DNA of 64,000 nt from NCBI GenBank assembly GCA_051294375.1, contig JBJCIZ010001671.1, positions 22,512 through 86,511 on the forward strand, in the 5' to 3' direction. The notes below the pieces were generated by a model. It searched no databases, was not told the DNA's origin, and was given only the letters and a program-made list of their open reading frames with translations. This DNA comes from Paraspadella gotoi (taxonomy: Eukaryota; Animalia; Chaetognatha). The translations under genes and the position numbers were made by a program. This document shows positions 39,531 to 50,675 of the stretch, piece after piece (the stretch's first letter is position 1; every line of letters starts with the position of its first letter).

Positions 39531-40323
39531 CCAGATGTTACATCAGATGTTGATCGTTCGCAGTTGCTCGTTCACATGGAGAATAAAAGAGACAAAGATT
39601 AGTAATCATATGTTAGACAATCTTTTGTATCTGTTTTTTCCAGTGATTATAATTGTTTTAATATTTAAACGAATATGGATTTAAAATATATGTTGTGTAA
39701 GAGTTTAGTCTTTAACTAAATTCTTAAGTTTTATTTGTTAATTTTAATTCTGATAAATATGCTAGTTTTATAATTTTAAATATTTCTTTGCTCTTTTTTA
39801 TCTGGGTTTCTCGTTTTTTTTTTATGTTTCTGTTCAAATTTATTCATTTTTATATAATATAATATAATATTTATTGTTAGCAGTTTTAATCATCACTATT
39901 CTTACATGACCATGTATTTTTCATTAGCTTAAATAGTAAATTAGTGACGTCGGAAACGAAACAAAATGCTAATCAAACTTCATTAGGTCAGGGGCTACAA
40001 AACAATTTATTATTCAGACATTCATAGTGGGTTTCATCTCATAACATATCAGTATATGGCGACTCACCGGATCAGCCATGCAGCAGTGAGAGATGTCATG
40101 TTGTGAGGCTGTGAAAGATTCCGTGGAGGAGAAGTCGCCACCACTTTCGCGTATGTCATGGGGTCCTGTCTCGGGGCAAATGCTGTAACATTATGCACAA
40201 TAGAGTGGTGTGGCCCATCACATACAATACAGGCATTTTTAGGCAAGTTACACTGTTTAGCCAAATGGTTCTTTTCAAGACATTTCACATACAATACAGG
40301 CATTTTTAGGCAAGTTACACTGT

Positions 40324-40620
40324 CATCGCAGAGGAATCAAGACTCCAGAATCGAATTCGGAGCAACGGATTGATTGAAGCCCACCGGAAATACAATGGAA
40401 CTTTCTCATTGGTCGAAAGACAAATGGCATCGGCCAATGAACAAATGGTCGGGAAATTTTACCCTTACCTCTGATCCGTATGGGCCATATAAAAGGGAAC
40501 CAAATTCTGTATTGATTCACTCTGCCTGGAAATTGACACCATCTTGTTCACTGTCTATTTTCTGAAGAAATAAAATCCACTTTGATTTCGCTTAGAAATC
40601 CCTGCCTTGCTACTAAATTG
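40324..40620 (+). repeat. 5' LTR
   Basis: CATCGC...CTAAATTG; TATAAAA at ~40488 and AATAAA at ~40569; matches 45810-46106. Confidence 0.93.
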
Positions 40621-40641
40621 TGGTGACAGGAGTGGATTCGA
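40621..40641 (+). promoter_or_regulatory. Primer-binding site, tRNA-Leu-type
   Basis: TGGTGACAGGAGTGGATTCGA directly after the LTR; resembles the complement of a tRNA-Leu(CAG/CAA) 3' end (TGGTGTCAGGAGTGGGATTCGA). Confidence 0.8.
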
Positions 40642-40709
40642 CACACCACGTCTCCACGAAAGAAGAACCAAGCCTTACCCCACCAAGAACCACGCCACCC
40701 CTCAAGAAG

Positions 40710-41741
40710 ATGGACCCGTCCGCCCCAGCAATCCCGCCCGCCAAGGCAGGATGGAAGAAAGGGGCTGCGACGCCAACCATAGGCGCCGCGCCAACGCAAG
40801 ACGGTAGCAGCAACGCAGCAGATATTGAGTTCCACACTTTCGAACTCACCGACTACCTGCAGCAACACTGCCAATCAGGCAACGAGCAGGCGGAGGTCAC
40901 CCTCCAAGTGCTCAAAATTATCAACGACGTCAACTTGCACAACAGGCAAGAAATGGCCGTCCTCAAGGGCCACGTCAAAGACTGCGAGGCCAACCTTGGA
41001 ACCAAAATGGACGATCTCCGCGAGATGATGAAGGAAATGATGACGCAAGTCAACAACAACAACCAACGAGACGTCAACGAAAGGCTCATGGGCCTTTCCC
41101 GGGCCCAGGCCCCGCCGAGTCTTTACCCCAACCTCCACGACGCCGCTCAACCAGTACAACCCCGCGAACACTTCCTGAGACAGACACCAGCAAAGTCTTG
41201 TCAAAACCCTCGAGATGAAGCGCCGTCTGAAAGCGGGAGAAGCGACCCGCCCTCCTACTCCACATCCGAGCAGCCGATCAAGCTCGAGAAAAGGAGATCA
41301 GACGAATCGCCCGCTGATTTCCTCCGCAGCTTCTATGAAGCATTTAAGGACTCGCCGACGCCGGATAAAGTCGACCAGCAGCTGCGCGCCCTCCTCGCCA
41401 GAGACAAGATTGCTAGCCGCTATGTCGAACCCATAAGCCAGTCCATGTGGCTAGGACTGAGGGCACTTTGTGAAGGCTCCACTATAAGTATCGCCGAAGC
41501 CCTCGTCGAAGCAAAACTCGAAGTGGATCCGCACGTGCACGCCAAATACGGATTGGCGCTCGTTAACACCGCCAGGGAGAACTTCGAGGCAGTAAGGGAA
41601 AAAGACAGGGCCTCCATTCCCGATTACGTGGCACAAATGCTCGTAGAGGCCCTGGAACCCTACGTCCCGGGAATCTTCTCACACAATGGAAATAATAAAA
41701 ACGAACGCCAACCAGGAAATCATGATGGACAGCACTCTTGA
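40710..41741 (+). CDS. gag: Gag-like protein (343 aa from first ATG)
   Basis: First ORF after the PBS; coiled-coil-like N-half, capsid-like ESPADFLRSFYEAF segment, no CCHC knuckle. Confidence 0.65.
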   Translation: MDPSAPAIPPAKAGWKKGAATPTIGAAPTQDGSSNAADIEFHTFELTDYLQQHCQSGNEQAEVTLQVLKIINDVNLHNRQEMAVLKGHVKDCEANLGTKMDDLREMMKEMMTQVNNNNQRDVNERLMGLSRAQAPPSLYPNLHDAAQPVQPREHFLRQTPAKSCQNPRDEAPSESGRSDPPSYSTSEQPIKLEKRRSDESPADFLRSFYEAFKDSPTPDKVDQQLRALLARDKIASRYVEPISQSMWLGLRALCEGSTISIAEALVEAKLEVDPHVHAKYGLALVNTARENFEAVREKDRASIPDYVAQMLVEALEPYVPGIFSHNGNNKNERQPGNHDGQHS

Positions 41742-43097
41742 AGCAGACATCGACACAACAGAAACTGAGGTCACCATGGAAATCAACCAACCGCTAAAAA
41801 GACAACCAAACCTCGTTCCACTCGCTTCTGAGGTAAAAAGATGGCAAGAAGAAGATGAGTCTTTCAACTCACTCAAAAACGGCAACCGAGAGGAGGCAAG
41901 ACAAAAACTGAACGAAAAAATGCAGAAAAGAAAAACGGCAACAGAAAAGTATTTGTCGAACTGCCTGGATGATTTTGACGTCACTAGCAACGACATCCTC
42001 ATCATAAAAGGCTTTAAGGCAGAGACGCCTACCAGGAAATTTGTTGTGCCGGCCCAAAAGGCCGAAACCATCAACAATTCCACGAACAATTCGGACACCC
42101 TGGCCGTGATCGCACAGCATTCATAACCGCACAGTACATCTCAGCCCCCGGTCTAACAACAGCCGCGGCAAAATGTCTTAGAAATTGTGACAACTGCGCC
42201 AAAGCGACGGACACGCAAAAACATAATGAAACTCCATCAGCTCCTAATCTAGCGATCGCACCCTGGGAGTCACTAAGCATCGACGTCATGCATCTTCCCC
42301 CAGTCTCCGGACATAATTATATCCTAGTTGCATCAGACAACGCCTCTGCCTACACCTGGGCGATCCCATTGCGCCGAGCAGACGCTGCAACCATAGTAAA
42401 AACCCTCGATGAAAAAATTTTTCTCCAACACGGGGCCTACATGGAAGTGAATTTCGATGGTGCAACGCAGTTAAATGGATCAGCCATGAAGTCAATACTA
42501 AATCTACTTGACACCGTAGGCAGACAAGTCCTCGTGGGCCGGAAGGACAGCAACAGGGCCGAAAGGGACATAGGCCGAATCCGCCAAGCCCTACGCAAAG
42601 CTGTCGACGATCAACCGAACAGATGGCTAGAACAGCTGCCACACCTGATGCTACTCCTAAATGCGACCCCCATAATTGGCTGGAAGACAGACATGTCGCC
42701 GCATGAAATCCAATTTGGCCATAGGCCGAGAATAGTAGAAAGCGCAGACGACTTCACCAAAAGAAATCTCATTGATTTTATAAGACAAAGGGCCAACAAA
42801 CAAGAAAGAGCTCAAGCACAGCTGGCAAACCAACGAACAAAGCTGTACAAACAGTCGACCAGAAGAAACCCCTACAAGCGACCAGAGGAGATTAAAATCG
42901 GTGACCTAGTCTTGGCCAGACGGGACCTTATCATGACCGGAACAGCAACAACTGAAAATAAGGTCAAACGGATATACTCAGGCCCTCACAAGGTCGTGGA
43001 GAAGGACGGCAACCATTATGTCGTCTCTATAGCCGGCCGAAACCTCAGATATCATCGACGTCGCCTCAAAAAGCATGAAACGAGGCCGGCAGAATAA
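41686..43097 (+). CDS. Ty3/gypsy integrase (one frameshift at ~42075)
   Basis: Pre-IN segment (WQEED...KFVVP), then FHEQFGHPGRDRT...CDNC zinc finger from 42078, SIDVM / NFDG / SNRAER catalytic triad (D-34-E), SPHEIQFG, and YSGPHKV (GPY/F). Confidence 0.9.
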
Positions 43098-43139
43098 GAA
43101 AATAAAGAAAAAAGAAGAAAGGAAGAGAAAATGTAAAAT

Positions 43140-43640
43140 AGTATGAAAGTAAAAGAAAATATATATAGAAAATATATATAGAATTGTATATAGAATTGTA
43201 TATATAAATATATAAATATATATAGAAAATATATATAGAATTAGCTCCTCAAATATATATAGAAAATATATATAGAATTAGCTCCTCAAAAAGACGTACA
43301 ATAGAATTAGAACAGCGAAATAAAGAAAAACGGAAAAAGCGAGACAAGGCAATCCCCTCGATCGGAATTTGAAAGAAGCGAGACAAAGCAATCCTCTCGA
43401 TTGAAAGAAACGAGGCAAGATAATCCCCTCAACGGGAATTCGAAAAGAAAACAAAAAGAAACAACGAGAAACGACGCCAGCAAGACAAAGCCAAGAAAAA
43501 CGAGCATTTTCATTCAAAAAAAAAAAAAGAATATTCTCTCTATCTCAAAAAGAAAACAAAAGACCACGAAGACGCCACGAGACAGAAGCCCGACGTAAAA
43601 CGGGAAACAACGAAAAACGACGCCAGTAAAAACAAGCATT
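43140..43640 (+). repeat. IN-env spacer with TA-rich and ~40-bp direct repeats
   Basis: AAATATATATAGAA repeats; three GCGAGACAA.GCAATCC.CTCGA-type units. Confidence 0.7.
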
Positions 43641-43869
43641 TCATCCAAAAAGAATAGTCTCTTTGTCTCGCTCCTTCTCGAAAAACATTCTATCAAAAAA
43701 ATTACTCTCTCTCTCTAATTCGAAAATAAAGAAAACAAAGAAAATATATCTCGCTCTCTCTCTCTCATTCAAAAATAAAAAAAAAAGAAAATCTATCTCA
43801 CACCCTCTCATTCGAAACAAAAAAAAAAAAAAAAAAACCTTTTTCAAAAGGATACGGTAAAGGAAAAAG

Positions 43870-45776
43870 ATGAAAAACCTTATCAATATTCTCGCCCTCA
43901 CCTCCCTCCTCATAAATTGGGGCATCGCAGCCCAAAAGGAAGAAACCAAACGACGAACGGACATTGTGCAAGTATATGATTGTAACAAAACTTCAAGCCA
44001 CGCCGCGACGATGCTCGATCCTCACCATTGCGACAACATCCAATCGGTCGCAGAGAAGATAATGCGTGGCGAATTGGTCTTCATCCCCGGAGAGGAAGAA
44101 CACGATGGTAAAGGATGTGACTTGACGATCATGGCCTCCGGAAGTGTATGTGGATGGTGGTCCATCCAGTACCCAAACCTAAAGGCGGTGGATCATTTCA
44201 CCCTCTCCAGGACTCAGTGCTTGATGCTCCACAAAGGCGAAAGCATCTCCCTGGAAAACGTCCCCATCAGACTGACTGACCGACCGAACTGGAGTTATGG
44301 AACCACTCAAGATCGACGGAGGAAAAATAGGATTAAATCAGGCAACTTACGAGATTGGCACGACTGACGCGGACGGTTATTGCACTGGCGAAAAGCTAAT
44401 CTTCCATGACTACACGTACGACGGAGAAAGGGCCACCCTCATGATCAACCTAACCCTTTACGAACAGAGGATCAAGTTAACGGACCTCAACAATATGCCA
44501 AAACAAACTGACTGCAATAGGGCAGCGCAGCTATGCACATACCCCGGTGGAGTCATCGCCTGGAAAGACCCTACCTGTCGAGCCCACAGGGCCTTTGCCG
44601 GACCAGTGGCTCGCAGCGACGACGGTTTTATCCGCAGCTTGACAGAAAAAGACAAAGAGATGGCGTTGAAAAACTGCACCCTCAGAAATGGAAAAACGCC
44701 CTGCATGGAAGCCAAGCACTAAAAGAGGACCCATCCAGTTGCTGGAGGCATTGCCTCACCTCCTTTGTCCGACCGGGATCGCTGAACAATTACGAACGTT
44801 GTGCACCAATCTGCGAAACTGAAAACAAAATTCTATTCACACTCCGAGCAGACGGGAAGCGGAAACCAGTGCCCGGCTGTGGCATCGACGTCGAGGAGAC
44901 CAGTTCTCACTTCTACTTTACAACGCACATCACACGTGATTTGACCTCAGACGAAAAGCTCATCCAAGCTTTACGCCAAAAGGGATCAAAATTGGCGCTA
45001 GACAATCAGGAAAGCCTCATCGCCTTGACCAAAGCATTACGCAAGGAAATCTGACCTCAAGGTCACGGAGGCACGGGCAGCAGCGACCATCGCTCACAAC
45101 AACCCCACTTCAACAACCTTCCTAAAAAGGGGCGTAATCGCGGTCTTAAGAGGCGAGCTACTGGTCACCGCTCAATGCGACCAAACGCTCGCTCACATTC
45201 GGGACACAGGACTGCTTCCACGACCTCCCGATCACCTTCAGGGGCCAGGAAGTTTTCCGACATGCCATTCATCACCACGTGGTGAAATCGTCAACAACAA
45301 CCAAATGCTCACCGCCGCCAATCTACCTCATGAACGAGAAATACCGTACAGTGGACGGCGAGCAGCACGATTACATCCGTTTAACTGCAAACGTCCCAGA
45401 TCTACGCGATCGAGTCTCCAAAGAGCAAGAAGTCTATCTGAGAATCGGGGATTTTCTGAAGCAGCACGATCAATACGCCAAGGACCAACAGGATCTCACA
45501 AAATACGCCGGAGAAATCGTAAGAGGATCTTCATACACAACGATCAGGAAGATCTTCGGGAACTTACCCAAGTGGGCGTGGCTAGCTGACGTGACCAATC
45601 TCATACCGTTCGTCACCGTCACCCTAGCAATAATCATAGGGATAGCTATAGCATGCTACTGTTGCCCACCTTGCGCATTCAGACGGGCACAGCAACAGCC
45701 AGAAATACTGAGCTTGGAACAAGTCCAGAACAGGATCTTCGTCCCCCTCACAATCGCAACTCCAGCTACCGACTGA
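43870..45776 (+). pseudogene. env: Envelope glycoprotein, chuvirus G-like (class III fusogen), broken by about four frameshifts
   Basis: Signal peptide; YDC...LD...C; C.L.I.....CG..S; C...H.G; G...DG.C.G; EI(C)DL; GELLVTAQC...IRDT.DCFHDLPI...C..P.Y; C-terminal TM FVTVTLAIIIGIAIA followed by CYCCPPC. Confidence 0.8.
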
Positions 45777-45794
45777 CCGCGTGCGCTGTCATCT

Positions 45795-45807
45795 GAGGAG
45801 GGGGGGA
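45795..45807 (+). promoter_or_regulatory. Polypurine tract
   Basis: GAGGAGGGGGGGA, 2 nt before the 3' LTR. Confidence 0.85.
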
Positions 45808-45809
45808 CG

Positions 45810-46106
45810 CATCGCAGAGAAATCAAGACTCCAGAATCGAATTCGGAGCATAGGATTGATTGAAGCCCACCGGAAATACAATGGAACTTTCTCATTGGTC
45901 GAAAGACAAATGGCATCGGCCAATGAACAAATGGTCGGGAAATTTTACCCTTACCTCTGATCCGTATGGGCCATATAAAAGGGAACCGAATTCTGTATTG
46001 ATTCACTCTGCCTGTAAATTGACACCGTCTTGTTCACTGTCTATTTTCTGAAGAAATAAAATCCACTTTGATTTCGCTTAGAAATCCCTGCCTTGCTACT
46101 AAATTG
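45810..46106 (+). repeat. 3' LTR
   Basis: 297 bp, ~98% identical to 40324-40620. Confidence 0.93.
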
Positions 46107-46174
46107 CTGTTTAGCCAAATGGTTCTTTTCAAGACATTTCTTTTCATAACAATAGCTTTGTTTTCATTGGACAG

Positions 46175-47009
46175 NNNNNNNNNNNNNNNNNNNNNNNNNN
46201 NNNNNNNNNNNNNNNNNNNNNNNNNNNNNNNNNNNNNNNNNNNNNNNNNNNNNNNNNNNNNNNNNNNNNNNNNNNNNNNNNNNNNNNNNNNNNNNNNNNN
46301 NNNNNNNNNNNNNNNNNNNNNNNNNNNNNNNNNNNNNNNNNNNNNNNNNNNNNNNNNNNNNNNNNNNNNNNNNNNNNNNNNNNNNNNNNNNNNNNNNNNN
46401 NNNNNNNNNNNNNNNNNNNNNNNNNNNNNNNNNNNNNNNNNNNNNNNNNNNNNNNNNNNNNNNNNNNNNNNNNNNNNNNNNNNNNNNNNNNNNNNNNNNN
46501 NNNNNNNNNNNNNNNNNNNNNNNNNNNNNNNNNNNNNNNNNNNNNNNNNNNNNNNNNNNNNNNNNNNNNNNNNNNNNNNNNNNNNNNNNNNNNNNNNNNN
46601 NNNNNNNNNNNNNNNNNNNNNNNNNNNNNNNNNNNNNNNNNNNNNNNNNNNNNNNNNNNNNNNNNNNNNNNNNNNNNNNNNNNNNNNNNNNNNNNNNNNN
46701 NNNNNNNNNNNNNNNNNNNNNNNNNNNNNNNNNNNNNNNNNNNNNNNNNNNNNNNNNNNNNNNNNNNNNNNNNNNNNNNNNNNNNNNNNNNNNNNNNNNN
46801 NNNNNNNNNNNNNNNNNNNNNNNNNNNNNNNNNNNNNNNNNNNNNNNNNNNNNNNNNNNNNNNNNNNNNNNNNNNNNNNNNNNNNNNNNNNNNNNNNNNN
46901 NNNNNNNNNNNNNNNNNNNNNNNNNNNNNNNNNNNNNNNNNNNNNNNNNNNNNNNNNNNNNNNNNNNNNNNNNNNNNNNNNNNNNNNNNNNNNNNNNNNN
47001 NNNNNNNNN
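46175..47009. other. Assembly gap (further N runs at ~47594-47774, 48127-48227 and 56016-56544)
   Basis: Runs of N. Confidence 1.
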
Positions 47010-47376
47010 AACAAGATTATGGAACCAGATGTGACTTTCTAAAAGGCGACTTTGCGGAAAAAGATGCAGATCATCAGTACCATCACGGGAGAAAGTTGAA
47101 GTTTGACGACTTCATCATCTTTCTCAAGAAAAGAATTCTTTTAGAAAAAGGAGCCTATGGAAAAAAGAAGATCACGGTCGACATCGCTGCCATCAACGCC
47201 AACGAATCACGCCGGAACCTGAACGGCGGGGGTGAAGCGACAAAGGTCAACCCTTTGAAGGTCAACCAAGGTTTTCATTCATCGAGTGTACGAATTGCTC
47301 AGAAAGTGAAAGTTGAACATGCTTGTGTATGTTGTAATGAATGGCACATGTTGGAAGCTTGCAAAGCTTTTAAAAA
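47010..47376 (+). pseudogene. Inverted fragment of the BEL-type gag
   Basis: Reverse complement of ~53200-53567 (KFDDFIIFLKKR...CVCCNEWHMLEAC). Confidence 0.9.
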
Positions 47377-49156
47377 CATTCTTTCATTTTCGGCAGAAGA
47401 GGATCGGACGGGACTCTGCGTGACTTCTCGTTTTTCTTTCAATCTTCTCATTTATTGTCTTCATTTCTCTTTCTTTTATTTCGTTCATGAGTTCCATTTC
47501 TTTTTCCATCTCTATTTATCTTTTTTCTATTTCTTGTTTGTACTGCTCTTCTTTTCTTTTCTTCTTTTTTCCGCCTTGATAAGGGTCAATTCANNNNNNN
47601 NNNNNNNNNNNNNNNNNNNNNNNNNNNNNNNNNNNNNNNNNNNNNNNNNNNNNNNNNNNNNNNNNNNNNNNNNNNNNNNNNNNNNNNNNNNNNNNNNNNN
47701 NNNNNNNNNNNNNNNNNNNNNNNNNNNNNNNNNNNNNNNNNNNNNNNNNNNNNNNNNNNNNNNNNNNNNNNNNNCATTCGTCGCTTCATACGTTTGCTTC
47801 ACCGCCGTTTCAGATGTCTCCGATGTCGAGTCGAAATCCTCACTTTCATTGTTTTCAGAATCATGAGTTTCCGTGCCGGGACTCTGGTCCTCTCCTCGCC
47901 CATGGCGACGCATAGCAATGTTCACTATTTGGAGAGTTTGGTCGAGAAGATTGAGATCGTCGGGAGATCGGCAAGACTCTTGAGCAGCCTTGGTCTGTCT
48001 CCTCTTCAATTCGAGGAGGTCCAATAGTTCACCGGCGATAATGACCGATTCTGGGGTGGCGAGTTCCTGGTAGCGCTCGATGAGGCCACACGGTGCCTCA
48101 GACCTCCAGGAAAAAAAAAATTTCAAANNNNNNNNNNNNNNNNNNNNNNNNNNNNNNNNNNNNNNNNNNNNNNNNNNNNNNNNNNNNNNNNNNNNNNNNN
48201 NNNNNNNNNNNNNNNNNNNNNNNNNNNAATATGATATAGAGAGAAGACGCATATAATATAAGATAGAGAGCAGGTGTAGAAGATGAGGAGATGAGTTTTA
48301 ACTAAGCAGGGAAGAGCAAGCAGATTCGATATGTTTAGGTGCATAATACTCTAGGGCGTTTATCTTATGTTATTGTATGTATGAGGTGTAGTGGATTATA
48401 GTGGACAGAGTTTGAATTGATCTACCAGAGATGTATAGTTAACGGAACACTCGATGTTGTATCGGCCTAAACGATGCAGAGAAAGAAAAGACCAAGTTGC
48501 GGGCCCCAGGAGGCCTATTTAGACATGTGTATAAGATTGCTACCCGATTTTAATATAGTCACATGTGTAGTAAACTTTTTTAAGGCACAAGGCTCTTAAA
48601 TGTGAAGCTGTTCCAGTTGCAGCTATACAACTACAAACTTTAACAAGCTCTAGGAATTACTGAAGCTTCAGTATAAGAGGAAAAATTTTTTTTCTTTATA
48701 TGCTCTTGAGACTTTGGTTCCTGTGGCCCACTTTTTCACCTCACCTGGGGCCATGCCCCTTTCCCGAACATATCTTCATAGTTACCTCCCATAAAAATCG
48801 CGCATAGCTACCTCCTATTAGTTCTTTCATTTTTTAACCAAAGTCCCGGATTTAACTCACTCATTATTTCCCGAATTCTTTTTGTTGTGGAAAAATGACC
48901 AAAAAAGTGATGCAAATTTCATGAAAATTTTTAATTTATATTTTCTCTTTATCTTTATTGGTCTTAAGGATTGTCGGAGTTTATTTATGTTAATCTCCTG
49001 TGCAGGACAGGCATTCATTAATAACTCGAGAACCGCCTGCCCGACCCGTGTGTTAGCGTCATTTTTTTCGGCGCCGGTCATAATCGAGAACCGCCGGTTG
49101 AATTTTCCCGACTTTTGGCGTGAGAGCCCGATCGACTGCCCGTGGTGCCTACCAAA

Positions 49157-50095
49157 TTTCGTACGAATTCGTCGACGTACGCGCGAAATGACGGGCGGAC
49201 GAGTAAATCCGCTATTTTTCGTGCGGTCACGTGACCAAATACTAAAAATAGCTATAACTCGTAAACTACTCTTTGGATAGAACGAAATTTGATTTCCTAT
49301 TACGACTCGGTTATGTCTGGGTGTTCACAAAGTTTCGTCAAAATAAATGAACGTACGTACGTATACTGGCCGGACAAGTAATTTTCACCTTAATATTTAT
49401 AGTAAAATTCTGTTATTTCTAAAAATGGCTATAAATCGTAAACTAATGGGTCGATTGGGATAATATTAGAGATCCTGCTACGACTCGATGGTCGCTACCA
49501 CCATACCCGTTTCGTACGAATTCGTCGACGTACGCGCGAATGACGGGCGGACGAGTAAATCCGCTATTTCGTGCGGTCACGTGACCAAAATACTAAAAAT
49601 AGCTATAACTCGTAAACTACTCTTTGGATTAGAACGAAATTTGATTTCCTATTACGACTCGGTTATGTCTGGGTGTTCACAAAGTTTCGTCAAATAAATG
49701 AACGTACGTACGTATACTGGCCGGACAAGTAATTTTCACCTTAATATTTATAGTAAAATTCTGTTATTTCTAAAAATGGCTATAAATCGTAAACTAGTGG
49801 GTCGATTGGGATAATATTAGAGATCCTGCTACGTCTCGATGGTCGCTACCACCATACCCGGTTTCGTACGAATTCGTCTACGTACGCGTGAATGATGGGC
49901 GGACGTGTAAATCCGCTATTTTCGCCCAAAATATTGACCAAAATACTTAAAATAACTATAACTAGTAAAACTACTCTTTGGATTAGAACGAAATTTGGTT
50001 TTGTACTACGACTCGGTTATATGTAGGTGCTTACAAAGTTTCGTCAAAATTCTTACACGCACGTACGTATACTGGGCGGACAAGTAATTTCTCTT
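49157..50095. repeat. ~352-bp tandem repeat (about 2.7 units) built of two related ~176-bp halves
   Basis: TTTCGTACGAATTCGTC at 49157, 49510 and 49862; GCTATAA.TCGTAAACTA and TACGACTCG occur twice per unit. Confidence 0.9.
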
Positions 50096-50262
50096 AATAA
50101 ATTGATAAATGGATTTTTGATCAAATTTGAATTAATTAAGCAATGAATGAATGAATGAATGAATGAATGAATGAATGAATGAATGAAAGTATGAACGAGG
50201 TACGAACGAATGAATGAATGAATGAAAAAAGAATAACAACAACTACTTTATTACTATTGTTA

Positions 50263-50316
<54 letters not shown>

Positions 50317-50675
50317 TAAGTAATACTATATTTGTAGAGAGACTTGGCTCTCCCGCGTCGCAGGGTAGGAATGGCTCGTCGTGAGGGAGGCTCAACTGCA
50401 TCTGACAAGACTCCCGAACGTCGTATATAACTGGAGATCTCTCAAAAGCAAACAAATAATAAAAAGTCGAATTCTAAAGAATGTAAATAAAATGTAATAA
50501 AATTAAATCAGACGAAAATCCAGCGTAAATCAAACAAAAATTCCAGCAAAATCATACAAAAAAATCTCCGAAGAAAATAACGGCGTCCGTGGAAAAGTCG
50601 TAAGAAAATAGTTGATGTTCCAGAGAAAATCGTAAGGAATCGTGATCAAAGTTGGTCTGTCTCTAAAAATGTGAT

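Larger units (their letters stand above)
40324..46106 (+). mobile_element. Ty3/gypsy-like LTR retroelement with gag, integrase and env, lacking PR/RT/RNase H
   Basis: 297-bp direct LTRs with ~6 mismatches, CTGT TSD (40320-40323 and 46107-46110), PBS, PPT, HHCC-DDE-GPY integrase and env-like ORF. Confidence 0.93.
37269..48126 (-). mobile_element. Gag-only unit, copy A (interrupted by a MITE, the gypsy element, an inversion and gaps)
   Basis: Collinear with 50676-55051 once 38045-38653 and 40324-46106 are removed. Confidence 0.8.

Noticed and set aside
40374-40565. 63-aa ORF duplicated at 45860-46051
   Set aside because: Lies within the LTRs, has a non-ATG start in the track, and does not appear conserved in the 60557 LTR.
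46034-48344. Long ORFs in the ORF track
   Set aside because: Artefacts of N runs translated as X.
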